This document shows, piece by piece, positions 20,001 to 28,893 of a DNA stretch of 64,000 nucleotides. The position numbers and the translations under genes were made by a program. Position 1 is the stretch's first letter. Each line of letters opens with the position of its first letter. The notes beneath the pieces are model-generated. The model had not been told where the DNA came from. It made no database searches and saw nothing but the letters and a program-made list of their open reading frames with translations. Source of the DNA: Pseudomonadota bacterium (GTDB taxonomy: Bacteria > Pseudomonadota > Alphaproteobacteria > Rhizobiales > Xanthobacteraceae); contig JBKPDF010000007.1 of the NCBI GenBank assembly GCA_046727735.1, positions 61,964-125,963 of the forward strand, given 5' to 3'.

Positions 20001-20152
20001 GCGCGGCGCGTCGGCAGGTAGATGGTCGCGGCGGAGATCGCCAGCGGATCGGGCCCGGGAAAATCCGGGACCAGCGTGCCGTTGGCGAGCGCGTGGATGA
20101 GCGTCGGCAAGAACGGGCGCGAGGCCGGAATGGTGAAGACGCGCGGGATCAC
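17072..20152 (-). CDS. addB: double-strand break repair protein AddB (alphaproteobacterial type)
   Basis: 1026 aa, MIPRVFTIPASRPFLPTLIHAL, with a C-terminal RecB-like nuclease motif (VDYKTG). It is coupled to addA. Confidence 0.9.
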   Translation of the reverse strand: MIPRVFTIPASRPFLPTLIHALANGTLVPDFPGPDPLAISAATIYLPTRRACQAAAEMFLDVLGRDAAVLPRFVALGDIDEDEFIFADAARAASLDLPSAMEALERRLLLARLITQWAAAPEVRGARGSPLVARTPAAALALADELGRVIDDMTTRQVPWDRLDRLVPERFDRYWQLSLQFLKIAREAWPAILAERGRIDAAKRRDRLLEAEILRIAEWQAGPVIAAGSTGSMPTTAALLSTIAALPNGALVLPGLDTELDRTAWDAIAGHMAAGEEAASAAAVGHPQFAMHMLLRRIGMDRQFVVDLGEPHRARARLVSEAFRPASTTERWTQRLDDRSLEEGLDGIAVIEAANAEEEANAIAVALREAIEAAGTRVALVTADRALARRVAAALGRWSVGYEDSRGTSLAETRAGVFARLAAETALSGLPPVNLLALLKHPLLRLGAERDHASAVAALERALLRGPAPRPGSAGLAHALAAFRRERPKLHPRDSRAHLTEPELDAAAALIDRLAGALAPLETNAGSQRFGELAARHRDVIAALARDAVGFVPAFAGEDGIALAATFDEIAARAAADDLVLEPPDYPDLFRAVIAARTVYPKPQPGARVHILGPLEARLLSFDTVVVGGLVEGSWPPEAHSDPWLSRPMRQELGLDLPERRIGLSAHDFAHCLGAERVILSRAEKLGGAPTVASRFLQRMAAVAGTTRWNEVRVRGSRYIALARTLDRAPRVLTEPPAPKPPRTARPKYLTVTDVEHWLRDPYTIYAKHVLKLGPLDPVNTPPGARDRGNLVHNAIGDFTRRFAEALPPDAVAELLRFGTERFGPLEDFPEARAFWWPRFKRIAEWFVGWDAVRRADLAKSHAEIRGEITIPLRDHGFRLAARADRIDQTTSGAYVIVDYKTGEVRTEKQVRAGFAPQLTLEAAILRNGGFPEIPRGSVAALVYVQLKGGEPAGEEVPIDFKDGTPDGQADRALARFTEVIRRFDSEEQPFRSLVHPMWKARYGDYDHLARVKEWSLVAAADANGS

Positions 20153-20155
20153 GGC

Positions 20156-20893
20156 CTACGCGGCGCTCGCGAGGATGGCGGCTTCGGCTTCGGCGACCGC
20201 TTCGGGCGCGCCGACATGGATCCACAAACCCTCCATGCGCAACCCATGGAGGCGCCCCGCCGCGGCCGCGCGGTCGAACAGGACGTTGAGCGGGAACGGC
20301 CCATCCGGGGCCGCCGCGAACAAAGCCGGTGCGAGGATGGCAACACCCGCATAGACGAACGGCACGATTTCGCGTTCGGCGCGCGGAGCAAGCCGTCCGT
20401 CGGCCCCGACCGAAAAGTCGCCCCGCCCGCGATAGCCGATGCTGGTGACGGTCGGCGCGAGCAGCAGCAGCGCGTCCATGATCGCCGGATCGAACGCGAC
20501 GGCGAGCCGATCGAGATTGGGCGTCACGCCCTCGATCCAGATAGTGTCGGAATTGATGTGATAGAACGGATCGGGGCCGAGTTTGGGAAGCGCATTCAGC
20601 GCGCCGCCGCCCGTACCCAGCAGAAGGCCTCGCTCATCCGAGAGCACGATGCGGGGCTTGAGCCGCGATGCGAGATGCCGCTGCATCTGATCCGGGAAAT
20701 GATGGACGTTGACGACGGCGAGCTCGACCTCGGCGGCCGCGAGGCGATCCAGCGCGTGGTCGATGAGCGCCTTGCCGCCGACTTCGACCAGAGGCTTCGG
20801 GATTTTTTCGGTGATCGGCCGCATGCGGATGCCGAGCCCCGCCGCCAGCACCATGGCGCGGCGTGGCCGGTCCGGGGAACGCGGGCTCAGCAT
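20156..20893 (-). CDS. murU: nucleotidyltransferase, MurU-like (N-acetylmuramate alpha-1-phosphate uridylyltransferase family)
   Basis: Sugar-nucleotidyltransferase signature AMVLAAGLGIRMRPITEKIPKPLV. It ends 3 nt before the addB start and lies next to an AmgK-like kinase gene. Confidence 0.75.
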   Translation of the reverse strand: MLSPRSPDRPRRAMVLAAGLGIRMRPITEKIPKPLVEVGGKALIDHALDRLAAAEVELAVVNVHHFPDQMQRHLASRLKPRIVLSDERGLLLGTGGGALNALPKLGPDPFYHINSDTIWIEGVTPNLDRLAVAFDPAIMDALLLLAPTVTSIGYRGRGDFSVGADGRLAPRAEREIVPFVYAGVAILAPALFAAAPDGPFPLNVLFDRAAAAGRLHGLRMEGLWIHVGAPEAVAEAEAAILASAA

Positions 20894-20959
20894 GCGGAAT
20901 GCTCCGGAGCGGCCGGGAAGGAAGCGCGATTCGCGGGCCGGAACCTAGCAAATCGCGCG

Positions 20960-21080
20960 CGAGGGAAACACGCGTCTATAACCGGAAAATGACCCCAAGC
21001 GGGCCAATAAAGCCTCGTATCCCAATGAAACTTCGTACCGCCACGTCGTCTTTCCTCGTGCCCCGAGTTGCTCGGGTTTT
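20960..21080 (+). ncRNA. candidate small RNA, antisense-oriented in the murU/amgK spacer (5' end not defined)
   Basis: On the plus strand, the hairpin CCCGAG-TTG-CTCGGG (21062-21076) is followed by TTTT (21077-21080). It is preceded by hairpin CACG-(UCGUCUUUCCU)-CGUG (21042-21060), whose loop is complementary to a Shine-Dalgarno. No protein-coding potential. Confidence 0.2.
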
Positions 21081-21112
21081 CCACATCTCGGGCCGGCCCG
21101 CAGCCCGCTTGC

Positions 21113-22648
21113 TCAGGTCGGGGCAGGAACGTTTGCGTCATACCAGGCTTTCAGCGCCGCCAAGCTCGAGTGCGCGAGCGAGCGTTTCAGATACCCATAG
21201 ACCCGCGGCAGGTGCCGTAAGTATTGCGGCTTGCCATCCCGGCGATCGAGGCGGGCGAAAATCCCCAGAATTTTGGTGGCGCGCTGCGCCCCCATGGTGG
21301 CGTAGAGCTGTAGGAAGTCCGCGGCCTCGAATCCCGGATCGGACGCCTGGCGAGCCCGCACATAGCCGCCCAGCAGCGCCATTTCCAGCCGCTCCGGCAC
21401 GTCGACGCGGGCGTCCTGCAGCAGCGATACGAGATCGTAAGCAGCCGGGCCGACCAGCGCGTCCTGGAAATCGATGAGCCCGATCCGGGCCATCCCCTGG
21501 CGCTGCGGCAGCCACAACAGATTGGGAGAGTGATAGTCGCGCAGCACCCAGGTGCGCGGCGCCGCAAGCGCAGGACCGAGCGCGGCGCGCCACAGCTCCG
21601 GAAATTCCGATTTCGCCGCCGCCTCGGCGGGCCGGTTGCGATGCGGCAGGTACCACTCGACCAGCAATTCCGCCTCGATCAGGAAGGCGTCGAGATCGTA
21701 TGCCGGCAAGACATGGTCGATACGTGGCGCCACCGGCAGCACGTGCGGCAGTTTTTGCCGGTGCAAGGCGACGAGCACGTCGACGGCCGTGGCATAGCGC
21801 TCCCTGACAGGTGCCGGAGGATTGCCCGTCGCAACGCCCTCGGCGCCGAGATCCTCGAGCACCAGCAGACCCTCCGCCAGGTCCGCCGCATAGATCTCCG
21901 GCGCGGAGAAGCCGCGCGCGCGCAGCGCCCGCGCGATCGCGACGAACGGCTTCACGTCCTCGGCGAGATGCGCGATGGCGCTGTAGGGCTTGCCATCCCG
22001 CAAAGGCGGCCCGTCCGGGCGGCGCGGCGCATTCATGAGAATCGCCGCGTCGCGGTCGCTGACGAGCCGTTCGTAGATGCGGGTCGAGGCATCGCCCTGC
22101 AGGAAACGGCGCTCGGCGCCGCCAAAACCGGCCTGCTCGAGGAACCGCCAGATTGCAAACGTGCGCGCCATCCTGGTTGCGAGCGACCCCAACGCGGTGA
22201 CGGTCGCTTCGCGATATGTCGGGCCGACCGTAGGGGCGAGGTGGAGGGCAATATCCAATCGATCGGCCGGCAAGAGGCCATCGGCGCGATCGGGCCATTC
22301 GAGCAGCGCGGCAGCGCCCTCGATCGCTTCCTCGATCCCAAGCTCGGCGAGCTCGCGGGGCTCGGAGATCCGATACAGATCGGCATGCACCAGCGGGAAT
22401 TGCGGCAGCGCGTAGCTCTGGATCAGCGTGAACGTCGGGCTCGGCACTTCGAGCCGCTCGTCGCCGGCGAGATGCCGGATCAGCGCGCGGGCGAACGTCG
22501 TCTTGCCGGCGCCGAGGTCGCCGGAGAGGGTGACGAGATCGCCCGGGGCGAGAATGGCGGCGACATCCACGGCCAGCCGCTGCGTCGCCTGCTCGCTCGG
22601 CAGCACGAGAGTGTGGCTTGCCGCGGTCGAATTGGCCTGAACCTGCAA
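21113..22648 (-). CDS. tsaE: fusion protein: tRNA t6A ATPase TsaE (N-terminal) plus AmgK-like aminoglycoside-phosphotransferase-fold sugar kinase (C-terminal)
   Basis: The TsaE P-loop GDLGAGKTTFARALIRHL..PSPTF is followed by APH-fold motifs GDASTRIYERL, RDYHSPNLLW and IDFQDA. The start is uncertain: TTG at 22648 or GTG at 22606. The ATG of the tracked ORF overlaps the upstream kinase gene. Confidence 0.85.
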   Translation of the reverse strand: MQVQANSTAASHTLVLPSEQATQRLAVDVAAILAPGDLVTLSGDLGAGKTTFARALIRHLAGDERLEVPSPTFTLIQSYALPQFPLVHADLYRISEPRELAELGIEEAIEGAAALLEWPDRADGLLPADRLDIALHLAPTVGPTYREATVTALGSLATRMARTFAIWRFLEQAGFGGAERRFLQGDASTRIYERLVSDRDAAILMNAPRRPDGPPLRDGKPYSAIAHLAEDVKPFVAIARALRARGFSAPEIYAADLAEGLLVLEDLGAEGVATGNPPAPVRERYATAVDVLVALHRQKLPHVLPVAPRIDHVLPAYDLDAFLIEAELLVEWYLPHRNRPAEAAAKSEFPELWRAALGPALAAPRTWVLRDYHSPNLLWLPQRQGMARIGLIDFQDALVGPAAYDLVSLLQDARVDVPERLEMALLGGYVRARQASDPGFEAADFLQLYATMGAQRATKILGIFARLDRRDGKPQYLRHLPRVYGYLKRSLAHSSLAALKAWYDANVPAPT

Positions 22649-22662
22649 CCTGCTGCGCCTCG

Positions 22663-25182
22663 CTACTCGGCCGCGGCGGCCCGTTCCGCCACATGCTCCA
22701 GCGGGAAGGCACAAACGACCGTGGTGCCGCGCCCCGGCGCGGAATCCAGACTGACCGTACCACCGTGCAGCTCGACGAACGAGCGTACGATCGACAAGCC
22801 CAGTCCGGTGCCGCGATGCCGCGAGCCCAGCGCGTGGCTCTCGAAGCGATCGAACACGCGATCCTGGATTTCGGTGGGAATGCCGGGGCCGCGGTCGGTG
22901 ACCCGGAACAACACGGCGTCGCTACGCCGTTCGGCCGCGAGCGTCACGACCTCGCCCGGCGGTGAAAAGCCGATGGCGTTGGCCAAGAGATTATACAGAA
23001 TTTGCCGCAGCCGCCGCTCGTCGGCCGTGAAGCTGCCGATTCCGGCATTGGCGCGAACCTCGATCTCGAGACCGTGCTCGGCCAGTCGTTCGCGCACCGC
23101 GTCCGCGGTCGCATCCATGATGGCGCGAATGTCGACGGGCCCGAGGTCCAGCGTCATGACGCCGGCATCGATGGTGGCGAGATCGAGGATGTCGTTGATG
23201 ATCGCGAGCAGCGATGCGCTCGAGGAATTGATGTAACCGAGATATTCCCGCTGCTTGTCGCCGAGCCGGCCGGTCGCCGGATCTTCGAGCAATTGCGCGA
23301 ATCCGATGATGTTCGTCAGCGGCGAGCGCAGTTCGTAGGAAACCAGGTGGACGAAATCGTTCTTGAGATCGTAGGCGGTCTGCAGCGCTTCGTTGCGCTC
23401 GCGCAACGCGCGCTCGACGTTGACCGAGTCGGTGACGTCCTGGAATGTGACCAGCGTTGCGCCGTCCGGCAGCGGCATGGTGGCGCAATCGATGACGGTG
23501 CCGTCCTTGCGCTCGAGCCGCTTCGAGATCGACTGGCGATGTTCGAGCCCGGTCACCGCCCCGCGCAGCACTTGCCAAGTCAGGTCATCCGCATGCAGCG
23601 CCTGGCAGGCGGCGATGATCGCCTCCACATGGGGCCGGTCGGCCAACAGCGCGGGCAGCAGGCGCCACATCCGGGAGAACGCCGGATTGAACAGCCGCAG
23701 CCGGCCGTCGCTGCCGAATACGGCGACCCCTTCGGAGAGATGATCGAGCGTTTCGCCCTGCACTCGGATCAAGGCGTCGAAGCGCCGCTTGAGCTCCAGC
23801 GCTTCGGTGACGTCATCGAACAGATAGGTGACGCCGCCTTCGGGATTGGGCGTAGTGACGACCCGCAAGGTACGGCCGTCCGGGACATGCCACAGATGCT
23901 CCTGGGCTTCGACGGCGCGATAGGCTTCGTGGAGTTGATTCCTCCACAAACGGAAATCCGCCTGTTCGGGAAGCTTGCGCGTTGCGCGCAATTGATCGAG
24001 CAACGCGCCGTCGCTCGGCTGCTGATCCAGAAACTCGCTCGGCAAACCCCAAAGCGCCCGATACGCGGAGTTGTAGAACGCAAGACGGTGGTCGGTGCCG
24101 AAGATCGCGACCGCCGTCGGGAGCTGGTCCAGCGTGCGCCGATGCGCCTCGATGGTGCGGGCGAGCTCGCTGCGCGTCGCTTCGACCTCGGTGACGTCGA
24201 TGCCGATGCCGGCACGGCCGTTGCGGGTGGCGAGATCGAACACGTCGAAGATCCGCCGCGTCCCGGCGACGATCACGGGGAGCCGCGCGGCATAGGGTTC
24301 GTCCACAGCGCGTGCGGCGCCGAGATCGGCGCGCGCGGTCGCGTCGAGTAGTTCGAGCCCCCGCGCGACCGCCTCGGCGGCATCGCGCGCCTCGACAGCC
24401 TGTGCGTAAGCCGGATTCACCCAGGTCGTGCGGCCCACGACGTCGGAAGCCCAGATCGGCGACGGCAAGGCTTCGATGAGCGTGCGGATCGCGTCGACGT
24501 CGCGCAGCAACTTGCCATGGCGTGTGGTGAGCTCGACCAGCTCGCGTTTGATGCCGCTCACTTCCCTGAGGCGCAGCACGGCCCGGCCGCCGATCGCGCG
24601 GCCTTCCGCCTCGAATTGGCGGCCCGAGACCGCGGTGAGCGCCATGACGAAGCCCTGCCCGCGCGAGCGCAGCGCCTCGACGGCCCGCTCCATCCCGCGG
24701 GCGTCCTCGGCATCGAGCCATGTCGAGAACGCCAGGATGCGACGCGCGACCGGAACCGAGTTGATGATGCCGGCATCGCCGAGCACCTCCGCTTCATCGC
24801 CGTGCGCGTCCCAGACGATCACGACCTGCGGGTCGGCCAACAGCAGCGCATGAGCACGATCGACCTGCTCGCGCAACCGGACGATCTCGGTAAGCTCGGC
24901 GGCGGTCGCGCGCTGCGCGCGCCGGCGCGTCCGCAGCAGGCTGATCGCAGTGACGACCGCAAACGATACGACTCCGACGACGAGGGCCAGCGCCGCGAGT
25001 TCATGGCGATGCAGCTGTGCGAGGGCGCTCGCGTAGGTGCCGAGTTCGAAGAAAATCCGCGGCTCGGCGGCAGCCGGTTGCGCGGCCACGCAAGCGAGGA
25101 CAACGGTCAGGGATTTCGCAAGGACGCGTGCGCGCCGCTCAGCCCGAAAGCCTCCGGCCTTCGCCCGGATCGTTTCCGGCAT
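22663..25182 (-). CDS. divL: DivL-type PAS-domain sensor kinase homologue (Tyr at the phospho-acceptor position)
   Basis: N-terminal TM segments and several PAS-like repeats. The H-box reads FVHLVSYELRSPLTNIIGF (Tyr codon TAC, 23337-23335). Intact N, G1, F and G2 boxes: LYNLLANAI, DRGPGIP, FDRF, GTGLGLSIV. Confidence 0.8.
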   Translation of the reverse strand: MPETIRAKAGGFRAERRARVLAKSLTVVLACVAAQPAAAEPRIFFELGTYASALAQLHRHELAALALVVGVVSFAVVTAISLLRTRRRAQRATAAELTEIVRLREQVDRAHALLLADPQVVIVWDAHGDEAEVLGDAGIINSVPVARRILAFSTWLDAEDARGMERAVEALRSRGQGFVMALTAVSGRQFEAEGRAIGGRAVLRLREVSGIKRELVELTTRHGKLLRDVDAIRTLIEALPSPIWASDVVGRTTWVNPAYAQAVEARDAAEAVARGLELLDATARADLGAARAVDEPYAARLPVIVAGTRRIFDVFDLATRNGRAGIGIDVTEVEATRSELARTIEAHRRTLDQLPTAVAIFGTDHRLAFYNSAYRALWGLPSEFLDQQPSDGALLDQLRATRKLPEQADFRLWRNQLHEAYRAVEAQEHLWHVPDGRTLRVVTTPNPEGGVTYLFDDVTEALELKRRFDALIRVQGETLDHLSEGVAVFGSDGRLRLFNPAFSRMWRLLPALLADRPHVEAIIAACQALHADDLTWQVLRGAVTGLEHRQSISKRLERKDGTVIDCATMPLPDGATLVTFQDVTDSVNVERALRERNEALQTAYDLKNDFVHLVSYELRSPLTNIIGFAQLLEDPATGRLGDKQREYLGYINSSSASLLAIINDILDLATIDAGVMTLDLGPVDIRAIMDATADAVRERLAEHGLEIEVRANAGIGSFTADERRLRQILYNLLANAIGFSPPGEVVTLAAERRSDAVLFRVTDRGPGIPTEIQDRVFDRFESHALGSRHRGTGLGLSIVRSFVELHGGTVSLDSAPGRGTTVVCAFPLEHVAERAAAAE

Positions 25183-25481
25183 CCCCCCGCCTCTGTTCGG
25201 CCTGCGATCGCGCCGCCGGACGAGGACGCCACTGGGGCCCGGCGGTGCCGCGGGCAAGCTCCGCCGTGCTGCCCGCGAATCGCCGCCAATGTACCTCCGA
25301 TGCGGTCAAACGCTAAGAGGAAACGCGGTGAACGCCTTGAAAAGTCGCAAAGACGCGGAGCGGACCGGACCCGACTTGCGCGATCGAGTTCGCGTTCGAG
25401 AGGCTCGGGGACGGCTGCGATGGGCGTTGCGCTCGAGGATTCGCGAGCAGCGCCACGCGTGCCGCGGCCCCACCGATGCGG

Positions 25482-25940
25482 TCAGGCGCTGCCGGTCGAG
25501 CCGAATCCGCCGCCGCTGCGCCCGGTATCATCGAGCTGGTCGACTTCGCTGATTCGAGCGCGCAAGCTCGACGCGATCACCAATTGGGCGACGCGCATGC
25601 CGCGCGTCACCGTGAACGGTTCGCGCCCGAGATTCACCAGCAGGACCTGGATCTCGCCGCGATAATCCGCATCGATCGTTCCTGGCGCGTTGAGCACGGT
25701 CACACCGGACCGCAACGCGAGCCCGGAGCGCGGTCGCACTTGCGCTTCGGTGCCGGGCGGCAGGGCGAGCGCGATCCCGGTGGGGATCGCCGCCCATGCG
25801 CCCGGCGCGATCACCATCGGCCGGTCCTGCGCAGTCGCCGCAAAGAGATCGCAGCCGGACGCGTGCTCCGATTGATAGGCGGGCAATGGGAGGCCGGCAG
25901 CATGCGGCAGTCGCGCCAGCCGGATCTCGATCTCCTTCAT
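25482..25940 (-). CDS. dut: dUTP diphosphatase
   Basis: 152 aa with motifs [20 protein letters not shown] and RGxGGFGSTG. ATG at 25940 overlaps the coaBC stop (ATGA). Confidence 0.95.
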   Translation of the reverse strand: MKEIEIRLARLPHAAGLPLPAYQSEHASGCDLFAATAQDRPMVIAPGAWAAIPTGIALALPPGTEAQVRPRSGLALRSGVTVLNAPGTIDADYRGEIQVLLVNLGREPFTVTRGMRVAQLVIASSLRARISEVDQLDDTGRSGGGFGSTGSA

Positions 25941-27154
25941 GTTCGCGCGAGCGCCGCCGCAATGCGGTTCACCAGCATGCCGGCGACTTCGGCCTTCGAC
26001 TGCAGCGGCCAGGTTTCCACGCCGTCCGCGCTGACGCGGTGAATGCGGTTGGTGTCGCCGCCCATCACGCCGGCGGCCTCGGAGACGTCGTTCGCCAGAA
26101 TCCAATCGCAATGTTTCTGCGCGAGCTTGATTTTCGCGTTCTCGATGAGGTGGTCGGTTTCCGCCGCGAACCCGATGACGAGCGTCGGCCGGCCCGATTT
26201 GCGGCCTGCAATCGTCGCGAGAATGTCCGGATTTTCCGTGAGCACGAGTTTCGGCGGCTCGCTTGCCCTCTTGATCTTGCGGCTCATCGGCTCGACGCGC
26301 CAGTCGGCAACCGCCGCGGCGAAGATCGCCACGTCCACCGGAAGCGCCTTTTCCACGGCCGCGAGCATGTCGCGCGCGCTCTCGACATGAACGACGTCGA
26401 CCCCTCGAGGATCCGCCAGCGCAACGGGGCCGCACACGAGCGTGACCTGCGCACCCGCTTCTGCGGCCGCGCGCGCGATGGCGTGACCTTGCTTGCCGGA
26501 GGAGCGATTGGCGAGGTAGCGAACCGGATCGATCGCCTCGAGCGTGGGCCCCGAAGTGACCAGGACACGGCGACCCTGCAGCGGCCTCGACGCGGCGCCG
26601 CGGGCGAGCAGCTGCGCGATTGTTTCGGCGATTTCCAGCGGCTCGGCCATGCGACCGACGCCGTGCTCGCCGCCCTCGGCCATCTCGCCTTCGTTCGGCC
26701 CGACGCAGGCGACGCCGTCGGCCGCGAGCAGCGCGACGTTGCGGCGGGTCGCCGGATGCTCCCACATGCGCGGGTTCATCGCCGGGGCGATCAGCACCGG
26801 CTTGTCAGTTGCGAGCAGCACCGTCGAGGCAAGATCGTCGGCATGGCCGCCCGCCATCTTCGCCAGCAGATCCGCGGTCGCCGGCGCGACGACCACGATG
26901 TCGGTGTCGCGCGCGACCCGGATGTGGCCGACGTCGAATTCGCCGCGTGCGTCGAACAGATCCGTGAACGCCCGCTCGCCCGCGATGGCCCCGACCGCGA
27001 GCGGCGTGATGAATTCCTGGCCGCCTCGGGTGAGGATCGCGCGCACGAGCGCACCGCGCTCCCTCAGGCGCCGGATCAAATCCAGCGATTTGTAGGCGGC
27101 GATGCCGCCGCCGATCACCAGCAGGATCCGCTTGCCCCGAAGCATTTGCGTCAA
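25937..27154 (-). CDS. coaBC: bifunctional phosphopantothenoylcysteine decarboxylase / phosphopantothenate-cysteine ligase
   Basis: Flavoprotein N-terminus [19 protein letters not shown] motif, and a CoaB half with SSGKQG. Confidence 0.94.
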   Translation of the reverse strand: MTQMLRGKRILLVIGGGIAAYKSLDLIRRLRERGALVRAILTRGGQEFITPLAVGAIAGERAFTDLFDARGEFDVGHIRVARDTDIVVVAPATADLLAKMAGGHADDLASTVLLATDKPVLIAPAMNPRMWEHPATRRNVALLAADGVACVGPNEGEMAEGGEHGVGRMAEPLEIAETIAQLLARGAASRPLQGRRVLVTSGPTLEAIDPVRYLANRSSGKQGHAIARAAAEAGAQVTLVCGPVALADPRGVDVVHVESARDMLAAVEKALPVDVAIFAAAVADWRVEPMSRKIKRASEPPKLVLTENPDILATIAGRKSGRPTLVIGFAAETDHLIENAKIKLAQKHCDWILANDVSEAAGVMGGDTNRIHRVSADGVETWPLQSKAEVAGMLVNRIAAALART

Positions 27155-27220
27155 CGCATCCTCGTAATCATCGATCTCATATAAACATACAACATCGCTT
27201 TTCCGACCTCACTTCCGCTT

Positions 27221-28876
27221 CTATCGGAATATCAGCAGCGCGGCCAACAGCGCCACGATCAGCCATAGCGGCACGGCGCTCCATCGGTTGCGGCGGGCTT
27301 GCGCGCTCCCGATCGCCTCGACGGTCTCGGGCGCGAGCACGACGCCGTTGCGCGTGACCGCATCGAAGTGATCGAGCACGACCGCGGCGCGGCCGAGCAG
27401 CTCCGGAACGCCGCCGAGGAACCGGCCGAGCTCGACGGCGCCTTCGGCCGCCTGCTCGATGCGGCCCGCCGGACCGAGATGCCGTTCCACCCATTCGCGC
27501 ACGACGGGGTCGGAGGTCGACCACATGTCGAGCCCCGGGTCTAGCGTCCGCGCCACGCCCTCGACCACCACCATGGTCTTCTGCAGCATCAGCAATTCCG
27601 GCCGCGTGCGCATGTCGAACAGGCTCGTGACCTCGAACAGCAGGTTGAGCAGCTTCGCCATGGAGATCTCGGCGGCGGTGCGGCTGTGGATCGGCTCGCC
27701 GATCGCGCGGATCGCCTGCGCGAAGCTGTCGACCGAGTGCTGCGGCGGCACGTAGCCCGCCTCGAAATGCACTTCGGCCGTGCGCCGGTAATCGCGGGTG
27801 ATGAAGCCGTGCAGGATCTCGGCCAAAAACCGCCGCTCTTTCGAGCCGAGCCGGCCCATGATGCCGAAATCGACCGCGATGAACCGGCCGTTCTCGTCTA
27901 CGAACAGATTGCCGGGATGCATGTCGGCATGGAAGAAGCCGTCGCGCAACGCGTGGCGCAGGAAAGACTGCATCAGCGCGCGCGCGAGTTGCTTGAGATC
28001 GAAGCCCCTGGCGATCAGCGCCGCGCGGTCGGACAGCGGCGTCGCGTCGATCCACTGCATCGTGAGCACGTCCTTGGCGGTCCGCATCCAGTCGATCGCC
28101 GGCACGCGAAAATCCGGATCGCCCCGGGTGTTCTCGGCCATTTCCGAGATCGCCGCCGCCTCGAGCCGCAGGTCCATTTCGACGGCGACGCTGCGAGCGA
28201 GGGTATCCACCACCTCGACGAAGCGCAGCCGCCGCGCTTCCGCCGAGATCCGCTCGGCATGGAACGCGACGAACGCGAAGGCTTCGAGGTCGATCTTGAA
28301 GCGGCGTTCGATACCGGGCCGCAGCACCTTTACGGCGACCGGTCGGCGTTCGCCCCCTTCCAGCACTTCGGCGCGATGCACCTGCGCGATCGAGGCGGCC
28401 GCGACCGCAGATCCGAAGCTCGCGAACACCGCGCCGATCGGGGCGCCGAGCGCGCTCGCAACCGCGGCCTCGGCGTCCGCTTGCGCGAACGGCGGCATAC
28501 GGTCCTGCAGGCTTTCGAGATCGCGCGACAGCGCGGCGCCGACGATGTCGGGGCGCGTCGCCAGGAACTGGCCAAGCTTGACATAGCTCGGGCCGAGCCG
28601 CGTCAACGCCGCCGCGAGCCGCACCGCACCCGCGGTGCCCGCCGGCTCGCCAGTCCCGGGTCCCGCGGACGCGGGCCGCCGCTCGATGAGCCTGCCCAGG
28701 CGCAGCACGAGCCCGACCGGCCAGGGCAAGAACACCGGATCGACGAGCCCGAACACCCCCTCGCGCGCGAAGACGAAGCCGGCGCGCGCGAGCCGCGCGA
28801 GATGCGCCGGCGCCAACACCAGGGGCGGTCGCCGCGCGGGCAAGTCCGGCGCGCCGCCGCGGAACCGAACATGCAT
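27221..28876 (-). CDS. ubiB: ubiquinone biosynthesis regulatory protein kinase UbiB (ABC1/ADCK family)
   Basis: ABC1 motifs LGPSYVKLGQFLATRPD, AAASIAQVH and HADMHPGNLFV, with two C-terminal TM helices. ATG at 28876 lies 17 nt downstream of the ubiE stop. Confidence 0.9.
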   Translation of the reverse strand: MHVRFRGGAPDLPARRPPLVLAPAHLARLARAGFVFAREGVFGLVDPVFLPWPVGLVLRLGRLIERRPASAGPGTGEPAGTAGAVRLAAALTRLGPSYVKLGQFLATRPDIVGAALSRDLESLQDRMPPFAQADAEAAVASALGAPIGAVFASFGSAVAAASIAQVHRAEVLEGGERRPVAVKVLRPGIERRFKIDLEAFAFVAFHAERISAEARRLRFVEVVDTLARSVAVEMDLRLEAAAISEMAENTRGDPDFRVPAIDWMRTAKDVLTMQWIDATPLSDRAALIARGFDLKQLARALMQSFLRHALRDGFFHADMHPGNLFVDENGRFIAVDFGIMGRLGSKERRFLAEILHGFITRDYRRTAEVHFEAGYVPPQHSVDSFAQAIRAIGEPIHSRTAAEISMAKLLNLLFEVTSLFDMRTRPELLMLQKTMVVVEGVARTLDPGLDMWSTSDPVVREWVERHLGPAGRIEQAAEGAVELGRFLGGVPELLGRAAVVLDHFDAVTRNGVVLAPETVEAIGSAQARRNRWSAVPLWLIVALLAALLIFR

Positions 28877-28893
28877 GGGAGCACGCGGCGAGA

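Noticed and set aside
25183-25481. The 299-nt spacer between dut and divL, considered as a possible sRNA or CtrA-box region. It has a repeated CCGATGCGGTCA string at about 25298 and 25463.
   Set aside because: I found no terminator, no TTAA-N7-TTAAC box and no convincing promoter. The 12-nt direct repeat alone is not enough. The spacer probably just holds the divL promoter.
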